In this document: in pieces, positions 7,209-17,143 of the stretch
Layout: each line of letters starts with the position of its first letter
Numbering within the stretch: position 1 is the stretch's first letter
From: Candidatus Odinarchaeia archaeon
GTDB taxonomy: Archaea; Asgardarchaeota; Odinarchaeia; Odinarchaeales; Odinarchaeaceae
Assembly: GCA_029856525.1 (NCBI GenBank)
Contig: JAHQXC010000004.1
Coordinates: forward strand, 5,365 to 37,364
Direction: 5' to 3'
DNA: 32,000 nucleotides
The notes under the pieces: model-generated
The model's database searches: none
Told to the model about the DNA's origin: nothing
What the model saw: only the letters and a program-made list of their open reading frames with translations
Translations under genes and position numbers: made by a program

Positions 7209-7580
7209 TTGGCTGTTAACCGTGTCCCTCAAATAGAAGAGGTTCTAAGAGAATTAGAGCTTACAACTAGTCAAGTGGAAGCCAGCGCGGTTGTGAGCGT
7301 TGAAGGTCTTCCAATATGCTCGGCTATGCCGTTAGGGGTTGATGACGGTATTTTAGCAGCTATGACTGCGACTATTTTAAGCGTGGCTGAAAGAGCTGCA
7401 GGTGAACTGGCGCGGGGTAAATTGAACCGTGTTCTAGTTGAAGGAGGAGACGGATATTTTATAATCTCCTCCGCTGGTAGAGATGCGATTCTAGCTGTTC
7501 TAACAAAAAGTAAAGCGAATCTGGGAATGGTTTTCTTAGCTATGGATAGAGCGTGTGAAAAAATAAGTAAACTGATATAA
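7209..7580 (+). CDS. Roadblock/LC7 domain protein
   Basis: ASAVVSVEGLPICS...LAAMTATILSVAERAAGEL..GKLNRVLVEG..GYFII, typical roadblock pattern. Confidence 0.9.
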   Translation: MAVNRVPQIEEVLRELELTTSQVEASAVVSVEGLPICSAMPLGVDDGILAAMTATILSVAERAAGELARGKLNRVLVEGGDGYFIISSAGRDAILAVLTKSKANLGMVFLAMDRACEKISKLI

Positions 7581-7742
7581 GCAGGCTCAGATCGCCCGTC
7601 GATGATCATCCATTTTTAATGTCAACTTTCAAGCTTTCTTCATTGCCTATAACTCTTTTACAGTTATTAATATTTAACATTTAACTTTTAACTTTAAATA
7701 CTCGTATTTTAATAATCTGATTAAATTATTTCGGTGGGTTAA

Positions 7743-8345
7743 TTGCTAATAGACTTTGAAGGCATTGACGGTTCTGGGACTGAAACATGGTCTAAGTTTA
7801 CTTTAAAATATATTCTCGAAAAAGGCGGTAAAGCTGTTATTTACCGTTTCCCTGATTATAACAGTCCGTGGGGTAGAATAATCAGATCCTTTCTAGACGG
7901 GGAGATAGAGCTTAACGTTGACATTCAATTTTTAACTTATTCAACGGATATACTTAAAGACGCTGATAATATTAGACGGGATTTACAGGATAAAATAGTT
8001 TTAACAGACCGTTACATTCTTTCAACAATGGCTTATCAATGTAGTAAAGGTTTCCCTGTTGAGAAAGCGTTATCCTTCTACAAGATTTTCAATTTCCCAC
8101 TACCAGATTATGTTATTCTACTTTTAACTTCGAGTGAAATCAGTAAAAGCCGTAAGCTCTCAGAGAATAAGATTCTAGACCGTCATGAAAAAGACAGTGA
8201 TCTTTTAAAAAAAGTTTCAGATAATTATATAAGATTTTCAAGAGAAAAATATATATGTGAGAGATGGTTTCTCGTTGACACAAGCAGGGAGTTAGAAGCT
8301 ACTAAAAAAGATATGGAGAATATTCTAAATCTTATTTTAAAATAA
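7743..8345 (+). CDS. tmk: Thymidylate kinase-family protein with atypical P-loop
   Basis: FEGIDGSG(TET), RFP, LTDRYILSTMAYQ, PLPDYVILL. Confidence 0.8.
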   Translation: MLIDFEGIDGSGTETWSKFTLKYILEKGGKAVIYRFPDYNSPWGRIIRSFLDGEIELNVDIQFLTYSTDILKDADNIRRDLQDKIVLTDRYILSTMAYQCSKGFPVEKALSFYKIFNFPLPDYVILLLTSSEISKSRKLSENKILDRHEKDSDLLKKVSDNYIRFSREKYICERWFLVDTSRELEATKKDMENILNLILK

Positions 8346-8363
8346 AGCGTTGAAGTGGTTTAA

Positions 8364-9131
8364 ATGGGAGATTATTTTATTCAAAATTATAATAGTTTCG
8401 AAGGGTTTGGAAACCGTAAAATATGTATTCAGGGAATGCCGGGTATCGCTTTAGCTGGAAAATATACTGTAGACTATATTATTAAAACTTTAAGCGCTAG
8501 GAAAATATTCGATTTATATTTCTATGATTTCCCGCCTCAAGTTTTAATAGACTTAGGTTTAATGAATCTTCCTTCCGTTTACCTTTTCCATTATTATAAT
8601 GAGCTTAGCGGTGATGATCTTCTACTCCTCTCATCAGATTTCCAGCCTTTAACACATTACGGTGTAAACGCTCTCAGTTTAATTTTAGCTGAGCAACTTA
8701 GAAAGCTGGGTGTGAAACTTATTATCTCACTAGGAGCTTCAGCTGTTAACATAATTGTTAAAGATCCTAAGATATATGCTTCAGCCACTTCTCCGAGTAT
8801 TTTAAACACTAGTTTTAATACCCCAGATTTTGAGCGATTCGCAGACGGGGTTATAACAGGGATGAACGGTGTTCTACCAGCTATCATAGGACGGGAGGGA
8901 GATATACAAGGTGTCATTTTACTTGCTGAAGCGTGCCGTTATCTGACATGTGATTTCAGAGCGGCTAAAAAACTATTAGAAGTGTTGGAGAAAACTCTTA
9001 ATTTGAAAATAGACTACACGGAGATTAACAATAAAATTAGAGAATTAGATGAAAGCATCGAAAGACTAAAACTTGAAGAGCAGTCTCGCAGACAGCCAGT
9101 GAGAGATGAGAAAACTAATTATATAGGTTGA
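8364..9131 (+). CDS. PAC2 family proteasome assembly chaperone
   Basis: IQGMPGIALAGKYTVDY..., LIISLGA, GVITGMNGVLP, D.RAAKKLLEVL...LKID. Confidence 0.85.
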   Translation: MGDYFIQNYNSFEGFGNRKICIQGMPGIALAGKYTVDYIIKTLSARKIFDLYFYDFPPQVLIDLGLMNLPSVYLFHYYNELSGDDLLLLSSDFQPLTHYGVNALSLILAEQLRKLGVKLIISLGASAVNIIVKDPKIYASATSPSILNTSFNTPDFERFADGVITGMNGVLPAIIGREGDIQGVILLAEACRYLTCDFRAAKKLLEVLEKTLNLKIDYTEINNKIRELDESIERLKLEEQSRRQPVRDEKTNYIG

Positions 9132-9890
9132 TCAAGTAGCTGATTTAACAGCTTTAATTATCTCTTTAAGAGACGCGCCGCCGTCTTTTAAAACAGTTTT
9201 TTCAATAAAAGTGCCTTGAACGATTACAGAGGCGCCTGCTTCAACAGCCTTCTTAGCGTCAGCCGCCGTGTTTATCCCTCCGCCTACTATCACCGGGATT
9301 TGAACTGAACGTGAAACAGCTTTTATAAACTCTGTTGGAATGCACATGTCAGCGCCTGAACCAGCTTCTAAGTATATAAGCTTGTATCCTATTAATTCAG
9401 CCGCCATCGCGTATGCAACCGCTATTTTAGGCTTCGAACGTGGGATTAAGTGAGCGTAACCCATGTAGCCGGCTGTAGCCCCAGGCTCTACAATAATATA
9501 AGCCATTGAGATAGGCTCAACCCCCATTTTTTTAATGAGAGGAGCGGCTATCGCCTGAGCTCCTATAATCATATAAGGGTTTGTCGAGTTCAATAAACTC
9601 ATGAAAAATATGGCGTCAGCATACTTGCTTATCCCTGCTAAGCTACCTGGAAATAAGATAACCGGTATCTTAACATTCTCTTTTATTTTTTTAACAGCTA
9701 AATCTATATCTAGAGCTGTTGATCCGCCTACCATTATAGCATCGGTTCCAGCCTCATAGGCTAACCGGGCGATTCTACCCGCTTCCTCATAATCCTGTGT
9801 TAAAGGATCGGGATCGATTAAACTGAAATGTAACGCTTTCTCTCTTATAATTTTATCAGTGATATAACTCCACACACTTTTCCAAGTCAA
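9132..9890 (-). CDS. Geranylgeranylglyceryl phosphate (GGGP) synthase
   Basis: HFSLIDPD, DAIMVGGS, PVILFPG, FFMSLLNS.NPY, IYLEAGSGA, VGGGI. Confidence 0.95.
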   Translation of the reverse strand: MTWKSVWSYITDKIIREKALHFSLIDPDPLTQDYEEAGRIARLAYEAGTDAIMVGGSTALDIDLAVKKIKENVKIPVILFPGSLAGISKYADAIFFMSLLNSTNPYMIIGAQAIAAPLIKKMGVEPISMAYIIVEPGATAGYMGYAHLIPRSKPKIAVAYAMAAELIGYKLIYLEAGSGADMCIPTEFIKAVSRSVQIPVIVGGGINTAADAKKAVEAGASVIVQGTFIEKTVLKDGGASLKEIIKAVKSAT

Positions 9891-10034
9891 TTCAATTACA
9901 CCATCCTTTTAAAACATAATAGAAATCTCTGTAAACTACTATTAAATATATTTTTTCTCTTTAGATGGTGGTCTTGACGCGGATGATATTTAAAGGGGTT
10001 TATTGTACTAAAATAATAGGAGGCTGGAGGGGAG

Positions 10035-13000
10035 TTGTCTTCTACTAGCCGGTTAAGCGCTCTACTCTTATTAGCTTTAATAATAGGTTCAAGCGTATAC
10101 TTGTATCTGAATCGATCAGGCTTCCTCGGTTTTAATATATCTCAAATACCGTATGATGAGATTAAGACACAGGATTCTAGAATAATTTTTTCAGGTAATA
10201 ATCCGGAAACAGGCTTCGACCCATCCGCTTGGGGTGAGATGGGGGATTTTCTAGCGAATCTAAGCTACGGGTTCTATGATCAGTTAAGTTATCCAAATAA
10301 TCTACCGTTCACACCCCCACTTAACCCGCTTTTAGCCCCCCTCTACCTACCTTTAATGCAGACTATTCTATTCAATGTTACTCCAGCTAATCCAGCCAGA
10401 TACTGGAAGATGACCGCTTACGACGAGTATAATGGTGAAAACTGGTTGAAAACCATTTCTACTAGTCAACCTCTCACACAGGTTACAGCCGGCCCGCTGA
10501 TATATCAAGTATATATTAATATTACAAGTCAGCTTCAAGGTGAAATGTTACTTCCGATTATTTCACCTGAACCGTTAATAATAGAGGATTCGTTGAACGT
10601 TACCTCTGAGTCAAATTTACTCAGCCAGAATATTAGATCCGACCTGTATGGAAGCGCTATTTTAAGTTTAACTTTCTCCGCCCCTTCCAATTCCCTAATC
10701 TCATATCAATTAACATTTCTCCCTGTTAATTTATCTTCCATGCAAGCTAACTCCCTTCCCCCCTCCTATACCGATGACAGGATAAGACAGGTCTACCTTC
10801 AACTCCCGTCCCCTAGAGTTGCCTATCTTGAATCTAATCCTAGATTAGCCGCTCTCGTAGAAATGTTCGGCTCCTACGCTCAATCTCACAGCGTTTACGA
10901 TACAGCGATTCAGGTTTTAGGTTATCTTTCAACAAACTATGTTTTCGACCCGTTTGCTTCATATCCTGGAGGTTTAGATAGAGTTGAATGGTTTCTAGCC
11001 AACGGCCGCGGTACAAGCTTCGATTTCTCAACCGCTTACGCGATTATACTTAGATGCTTAAATATCTCGTCTAGACTCGTCTATGGTTTTCTACCAGGCG
11101 AGCAGATAGGCGATACACGCGTTATCAGAGGCTGGAATGTTCACTTCTGGGTGGAGGTTTTCAATCCTACGAGTACATGTGAAGATAACTGGGTTCAATT
11201 CGATCCAACTCCTTTACCAGCAGATATAACAAGTGTAGTCGGCGGTGACTCTCAGATCGGTGACGTTGAATACAATCTTATTTTAACCGTTGAAAATCAA
11301 TCCTCTTGGGTAACTACACGGGGAACTGTCTTCGAATTAGAAGTGTTTTTAACAAACACCACCGGGCCTATGGCTGATACTAATATAGAATTATATGATC
11401 TAACAGAGAACAGGCTTATAACCACCGGTTTAACCGGTTCAAACGGTGTCTTCACATACCAATATTCGTATAATAATATGGATCGAATAGGTCCACATCT
11501 AATATACGCTCTTCCCACATCTCTCCCTTTAATCAGAAACTATACAGTTGTAGTGGTTGACGGGGCTACTCAACTCTCTTTAGATGTCTCTCCAACCCCG
11601 CCTGAAAATATTACTAGAGGTAGAGAAAGTTTAACTTTAACAGGTATATTAACCGATGAATTAACCAATCAGCCTATCCCAAACCAGTATGTGAATATAC
11701 TGTTTGATAATATTCAAGTCGCTACTGCTTTAACAGACGCTTCAGGCCGCTTTACATACTCTCTCACACCGCCTTTAACAAGTATAGGCGATATCCCTGT
11801 TCGCGCATATTTTAACGGTGTATTCTACTACTATTTTAGTGGTCAAATATTACAAGCCGTCGCCCCATCCGCTGAATCTTATAGCGATGAGAAAACGGTT
11901 ATAGTAGTCGCGTCAACCACGCTAACAACCATGTTAAATAGAACAGCAGTGGCACCCGGAGACTGGATTAGAATATACGGTTATCTTACGTTTGATAACC
12001 GCTCAGGGTATGCGAATCAACCTGTAAGCGTTTACTGGTCTAACTCTTCAGGTACAATTCTGTTGACTTCGACTGTCACAGACTTCACCGGCTTCTACTC
12101 ATACGATTACCGTGTGCCACCTGGAGTGTACGGTGAAGCTAAAATCTTCGCTGTATTCACTTCTAGTGACCCTTACGTGTTAAGCTCTTTCACAGATCCA
12201 ACCATCTATATAGGAGAGGAGAAGATAACCATGCTAAACTGTTCTCCTAGCATTCTACACAGAGGTGAATACACTGAAATAACAGGGCTGCTCACGAACA
12301 GTTCAGGGAGCTCTCTCGCTGATCGAACAGTTATCGTTAACTTTTACTATATGGATACGATGAGCTTAGCGGCTTCAATATCATCTATTACTAATGAAAC
12401 CGGCTGGTTCACAGTTAACTATCGTATTCCCTCCTTCTTTCAGCCTGGAACCTATATTATTAACTGTTCAACAACCTCCCTTGCAGTGATCGCTAGCGAA
12501 CGTGTTTATCTTAATGTTAGCTCATCAACTATAATCAGATTCGAAGCGCACCCAGTATTTATAGCGCCTGGTGAAAACTTCTCTATAACAGGTTTAATAT
12601 TAGATGATCAGGGTAGCGGGTTAACCGTAAACCTATCCTTCTATTTAAACAGTATTCTACAATATAATATTACCGCGTTGAACGGTGGTTTCCAGATAAT
12701 AAACTATACTCTTCCATTCGGTTTCTCATCTAGTACTGTTAATTTAACAATTCAATTTATAGGGGATTCATTCTACGATTCTTCAAATCTCACACGCCAA
12801 CTTATGGTTTTCACAAGTGTAAACGTTTACGTTAACGTTGATCCTTCTATATGCTCACCTGGTCAGAGAGCGATATTTAATATAAGTGTGATTGATAATC
12901 ATGGGAGAGGTGTCTACGATAGAAGCGTTAACTTATTCTTGAATAACACGCTTCTAACAACTTTATATTTAGACACATCTATTAAATTATTAGAATGGGT

Positions 13001-13550
13001 TATACCTGAAAACACTCCAAACGGTCCTATAACAGTTTACGGTGTTCTAGTGGCGAGTGTTAACTCAAATTATTCACCCGCTACTTTAACAGTTCAGGTG
13101 GTTGGATTGCAATTAACAGGCGAGTATATTATTATAATTATAGGGTTTGTAATAATTATCGGAGTGAGCTCTCTAATTTACTTTATAGTTAAGAGGAGGA
13201 GAAGCGTTTACAGGGGGCCTAGAGAATTAGATTTGAGCAGTCAGATAAATAGACTTCAACAATATATTAGAGATGGGAAATCGAGAGACGGATTACTGTT
13301 CATGTTTAACCTGCTTGAGCAACTAATCTTAAAGAAATATAATCTTAAGCGGGGGAATTACCAGACTATGCGCGAATATGCTGGAGAGGTTACTAGTAAA
13401 ACAGATATAAATTCGAAAGCGCTGTATGATATTCTCAACATGGTGGAGAAAGCTAAGTATAGTAGGCTTAATATAGGTGAAAACGATTTAGCCCAGGCGA
13501 TGGCGGACTTCAAACTCCTCTACACTCAACTGACCGGAGCGGAATTTTAA
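10035..13550 (+). CDS. Large membrane-anchored transglutaminase-like domain protein with Ig-like repeats and a DUF4129-like tail
   Basis: N-terminal hydrophobic helix; TGase-like core (GRGTSFDFS..., HFWVEV, WVQFDPT); ~6 beta-rich ~100-aa repeats; TM helix followed by KRRR and a helical tail. Confidence 0.85.
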   Translation: MSSTSRLSALLLLALIIGSSVYLYLNRSGFLGFNISQIPYDEIKTQDSRIIFSGNNPETGFDPSAWGEMGDFLANLSYGFYDQLSYPNNLPFTPPLNPLLAPLYLPLMQTILFNVTPANPARYWKMTAYDEYNGENWLKTISTSQPLTQVTAGPLIYQVYINITSQLQGEMLLPIISPEPLIIEDSLNVTSESNLLSQNIRSDLYGSAILSLTFSAPSNSLISYQLTFLPVNLSSMQANSLPPSYTDDRIRQVYLQLPSPRVAYLESNPRLAALVEMFGSYAQSHSVYDTAIQVLGYLSTNYVFDPFASYPGGLDRVEWFLANGRGTSFDFSTAYAIILRCLNISSRLVYGFLPGEQIGDTRVIRGWNVHFWVEVFNPTSTCEDNWVQFDPTPLPADITSVVGGDSQIGDVEYNLILTVENQSSWVTTRGTVFELEVFLTNTTGPMADTNIELYDLTENRLITTGLTGSNGVFTYQYSYNNMDRIGPHLIYALPTSLPLIRNYTVVVVDGATQLSLDVSPTPPENITRGRESLTLTGILTDELTNQPIPNQYVNILFDNIQVATALTDASGRFTYSLTPPLTSIGDIPVRAYFNGVFYYYFSGQILQAVAPSAESYSDEKTVIVVASTTLTTMLNRTAVAPGDWIRIYGYLTFDNRSGYANQPVSVYWSNSSGTILLTSTVTDFTGFYSYDYRVPPGVYGEAKIFAVFTSSDPYVLSSFTDPTIYIGEEKITMLNCSPSILHRGEYTEITGLLTNSSGSSLADRTVIVNFYYMDTMSLAASISSITNETGWFTVNYRIPSFFQPGTYIINCSTTSLAVIASERVYLNVSSSTIIRFEAHPVFIAPGENFSITGLILDDQGSGLTVNLSFYLNSILQYNITALNGGFQIINYTLPFGFSSSTVNLTIQFIGDSFYDSSNLTRQLMVFTSVNVYVNVDPSICSPGQRAIFNISVIDNHGRGVYDRSVNLFLNNTLLTTLYLDTSIKLLEWVIPENTPNGPITVYGVLVASVNSNYSPATLTVQVVGLQLTGEYIIIIIGFVIIIGVSSLIYFIVKRRRSVYRGPRELDLSSQINRLQQYIRDGKSRDGLLFMFNLLEQLILKKYNLKRGNYQTMREYAGEVTSKTDINSKALYDILNMVEKAKYSRLNIGENDLAQAMADFKLLYTQLTGAEF

Positions 13551-14843
13551 TTGAATAAGCCGAGTTTGAAAATAATTCTTTTCACATTTATATTCTTTTT
13601 CAGCTTCACTCCTTTAATAATGCCTTTAATAGGAGTCGGCGGCGTGACAGTCGCAGACTACTCTATTTATAATACTAACTGGAACGGGCTCTCCACGTTT
13701 AAAAACATGATTGAACTTGAAGGATACCAGGTTAAACCTCTCATCTCATCTTTAAGCTGTATTAATCGAATTAATAATAAATCTGTTTTATTTATAATCG
13801 GCCCCTCCACTTTCTATGACAGTCTTTCAGCGCTTGCTTTAGTTGATTACCTTAATAAAGGCGGTAAAGTGATTATCGCAGACGACTTCGGCTCCTCTTC
13901 CTCTCTACTATCGATATTAGCGTCTATTATACCAGGATTAGGTTTATTTGAAGGAGATCTGCTTTTAGACGCAGGTTCATATGATAAAAATGTTTCTTTA
14001 CCGGTGATAACCTCTCTCAGCGATCACCCGATTTTTAACGGTGTGAACGCTATAATGTTAAATTACGCTACGGTTATAAGCGGGGGGATGATTTTTCTAG
14101 CCTACACTTCAAGTTTATCCTGGCTTGATGCGAATGCTAACTATGCTTACGATACAGGTGAAATAGTCGGCCCGTTCCCTGTTATCGCTTCAGCTAGCTG
14201 CGGAAACGGAACTATCATCTTAATATCAGATCCATCTATATTCAACAATGACATGATTAACAGAGCTGATAATCTAAGATTCGCTGTCAACCTTGTTAAC
14301 TGGGCTGCAGAGTATAATACTTCCACTCTTATAATATTTGATGAAGGACATAGAATGGACGTCTCCACGTCAACATTCTTTTTCGGTGTTATATTAGGGG
14401 AGGTTAACTGGATTTCAAGCAACTGGCTTATAGCACCATTATATCCGTTAATAGCTGTTTATCTTGTGAGATCATGGCTGCCTAAAAGAGAGAAGAAGAA
14501 AATCATCTATGAAGCTTCACCTCGCTTTAAAAGCGCGTTTTCACATAAAATAAGCTGGTATACTCTATCCCAGAACTATAATAAAGCCGTGGATGTTCTC
14601 TTCAAGAAATTGAAAAAGGATCTTTTAAAAACCTACCACTTAAAAGACTATGATGTCTCTTTAATATCTGAGGCTGTGGCTGTTAATAAACCTGAGATTG
14701 AAAGAGTGGAAGTCGAAAACTTTCTTAAAAATCTTGAAAACATTATTAACAGCGGTAGAATAATAGTTGATAAAGACGTTTTCCTCAAAATTTTCATAGA
14801 TATAAAAAAATTCAGGGAGAAGGTGGGTTTAAAATGGTGGTAG
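13551..14843 (+). CDS. DUF4350-like membrane protein
   Basis: DYSIYNTNWNGLSTF, GGKVIIADDFG, LISDPSIFNNDMI, IIFDEGH, TM helix and cytoplasmic tail. Confidence 0.85.
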   Translation: MNKPSLKIILFTFIFFFSFTPLIMPLIGVGGVTVADYSIYNTNWNGLSTFKNMIELEGYQVKPLISSLSCINRINNKSVLFIIGPSTFYDSLSALALVDYLNKGGKVIIADDFGSSSSLLSILASIIPGLGLFEGDLLLDAGSYDKNVSLPVITSLSDHPIFNGVNAIMLNYATVISGGMIFLAYTSSLSWLDANANYAYDTGEIVGPFPVIASASCGNGTIILISDPSIFNNDMINRADNLRFAVNLVNWAAEYNTSTLIIFDEGHRMDVSTSTFFFGVILGEVNWISSNWLIAPLYPLIAVYLVRSWLPKREKKKIIYEASPRFKSAFSHKISWYTLSQNYNKAVDVLFKKLKKDLLKTYHLKDYDVSLISEAVAVNKPEIERVEVENFLKNLENIINSGRIIVDKDVFLKIFIDIKKFREKVGLKWW

Positions 14844-15802
14844 CTGATGAGAAAATAATTGAACAGATCACGGTTGAAAATATTAGAAACTTCAGTAACG
14901 CGGTTATAAGAGAGGTTGGTAAAGTTATAGTAGGTAAAAAAGACCTTATCAGAAATATTCTTATAGCTTTACTATGCCGCGGCCATGTTTTACTTGAAGG
15001 TGTGCCCGGTGTAGCTAAAACAGAGCTCGCTAAAGCTTTTGCGAAAACTTTAGGCTGCGATTTTAAGAGAATCCAGTTCACACCCGACCTTCTCCCCTCC
15101 GATATTCTAGGTTCAGTTATATTCGATCAGCAGAAAGCCCAGTTTTATCTAAGGAAAGGCCCGATATTCACGAACATCCTCTTAGCTGATGAGATTAATA
15201 GAGCTCCGCCTAAAACTCAAGCTGCGTTACTTGAATCAATGCAAGAGTTCCAGGTTACTATTGAAGGTAAAGCAAATCCTTTAAACCATCCGTTCATGGT
15301 TCTAGCTACACAGAACCCGCTTGAACAGGAGGGCACCTATCCGTTACCGGAGGCGCAGATCGATAGATTCATGTTCAGGTTAATAGTCGATTACCCTGAT
15401 GATAAAGAAGAGGTTGAACTGCTTTTGAAAAGAAGCATACAAGCATCAGTAGATGTGAAGTCTATCGCTTCACCTGACATCATAGTAGCGTTACAGGAGT
15501 ATATTAACAAAATCTACGTTGACCCGGCTGTGATCGCTTACATTAAAGATTTGATTGTTAAGACTAGAAGTGATCCTCAAATCCTTCTAGGCGCGAGCCC
15601 CCGCGCTTCAATTGTTCTTTTAAACTCTGCTAGAGCTCTAGCAGCTATAAGTGGGCGTGAATACGTTATACCTGACGATGTGAAAAACTTAGCGTTTAAC
15701 GTTTTAAACCATCGTTTAATTTTAAGACCTGAGATAGAATTAGAAGGCGTCTCTGTTAAAAGAATCATCGAAAGAATATTAGAGTCAACTCCGATTCCTT
15801 GA
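14834..15802 (+). CDS. moxR: MoxR family AAA+ ATPase (MRP subfamily)
   Basis: GHVLLEGVPGVAKT, RIQFTPDLLPSDI, LADEINRAPPKTQAALLE, ATQNPLEQEGTYPLPEAQIDRF. Confidence 0.97.
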   Translation: MVVADEKIIEQITVENIRNFSNAVIREVGKVIVGKKDLIRNILIALLCRGHVLLEGVPGVAKTELAKAFAKTLGCDFKRIQFTPDLLPSDILGSVIFDQQKAQFYLRKGPIFTNILLADEINRAPPKTQAALLESMQEFQVTIEGKANPLNHPFMVLATQNPLEQEGTYPLPEAQIDRFMFRLIVDYPDDKEEVELLLKRSIQASVDVKSIASPDIIVALQEYINKIYVDPAVIAYIKDLIVKTRSDPQILLGASPRASIVLLNSARALAAISGREYVIPDDVKNLAFNVLNHRLILRPEIELEGVSVKRIIERILESTPIP

Positions 15803-15817
15803 AAACAGTGGTGTTTT

Positions 15818-17134
15818 ATGTTCACAGGTAGAGGGCAGGTTTTAGTTTTATCCGGTGTATTCTTTTTAACAGCAGGTTTCTCATTTATAAACTATTATCT
15901 GCTCGCAATCGGCGTTATGCTTATATTCGCAGCTGTCGTTAACCTCCCCTTCTTTAAATTAAAAAAATACAGGGAAAACATTAAAGTGGAGCGTAGTATT
16001 AGCAGTGAAAAAGTTTTCGCACTCGACTATCTGCATGTAAACGTTAAAATCGTGAACACAGGGGGCGTGATAGATTACCTAGAGTTTTTAGACGAAATCC
16101 CTAAGACTTTTAAATTAGTTTTAGGAAGGAATAGTTTATCCACGTATCTTACAGCTGGTGGTAGAGTAGAATTCTCCTATATCGTTCAACCCCGGCTTAG
16201 AGGAGTCTACCGTTTAGGTCCTTCTAAAGTTAAAGTTCATGACCGCCTTCATTTAAACTCGGAGGAGGCTGTCTTCGAAAACTATTCTGAGATTATCGTC
16301 TACCCTCCCTACGATGACATACGCCGTTACGGACAGATCGGTCAGAGAAGAATTCTAGGAGTTTTATTCGGAGCCCATAAATCTAAGGATAAAGGTGTTG
16401 GAATGGATTTCTTTGGAATTAGAAGATACGATCCTTCAGATGAACTCCGCTGGGTTGACTGGAAGGCTACAGCTAGAACAGGTAAACTTATGAGTCGAGA
16501 GTACGAGACTGAAAGAAATATTAAGATTATGATTCTCTTAGACTCTTCAGCCTCAATGTGTTCAGGTGACTTAGAGAATAATAAATTCGAGTATTCTATA
16601 AGAGCCGCTGTTCTACTCTCTCAAATCGCGTTAAGCCGGAGAGATGAAATAGGTTTAGTAGCTTATAGTTCGAAGATAGATGTTTTCATAGAGCCTAAAA
16701 ATGGTAGAAGACAAATATTCCGGATTTTAGACGCTTTAGCGCGTTTATCACCTTCCGGTTTATCTCAAACATACGCTGCGGTTAAGTACACAGTTAACCG
16801 GCTTAGAAAGAACGCCTTCTATATTATGTTAACAGATTTGGAGGGTTCTTCTAAACCATTATTAGAGGCTGTTAAGCTTATAAAAGCCCGCGGCTCAGAG
16901 TTGTTGATCATATCCCCTTTCACCCCATGGTTTGAAGCCGAATTATATAGTTCACCTGTCGAAAAAGCATTGTCTGTAGCTGTAGCCGAGGAGCTTTATG
17001 AAAATAGGGAGAAAGTGATCTTCGAGTTAAATAAATACCAGGTTCCAGTTTTAAACGTTGGACCTGAAGACTATATTCCCACTATTATGTCAGCTTATCT
17101 TAAAGCTAAGAGAAGAGGGGTCGGCTTAACTTAA
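15818..17134 (+). CDS. DUF58 domain protein (vWA-like MoxR partner)
   Basis: DFFGIRRYDPSDELRWVDWKATARTGKLMSREYE, ILLDSSASM; N-terminal TM helices. Confidence 0.93.
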   Translation: MFTGRGQVLVLSGVFFLTAGFSFINYYLLAIGVMLIFAAVVNLPFFKLKKYRENIKVERSISSEKVFALDYLHVNVKIVNTGGVIDYLEFLDEIPKTFKLVLGRNSLSTYLTAGGRVEFSYIVQPRLRGVYRLGPSKVKVHDRLHLNSEEAVFENYSEIIVYPPYDDIRRYGQIGQRRILGVLFGAHKSKDKGVGMDFFGIRRYDPSDELRWVDWKATARTGKLMSREYETERNIKIMILLDSSASMCSGDLENNKFEYSIRAAVLLSQIALSRRDEIGLVAYSSKIDVFIEPKNGRRQIFRILDALARLSPSGLSQTYAAVKYTVNRLRKNAFYIMLTDLEGSSKPLLEAVKLIKARGSELLIISPFTPWFEAELYSSPVEKALSVAVAEELYENREKVIFELNKYQVPVLNVGPEDYIPTIMSAYLKAKRRGVGLT

Positions 17135-17143
17135 GGTGGGTTT

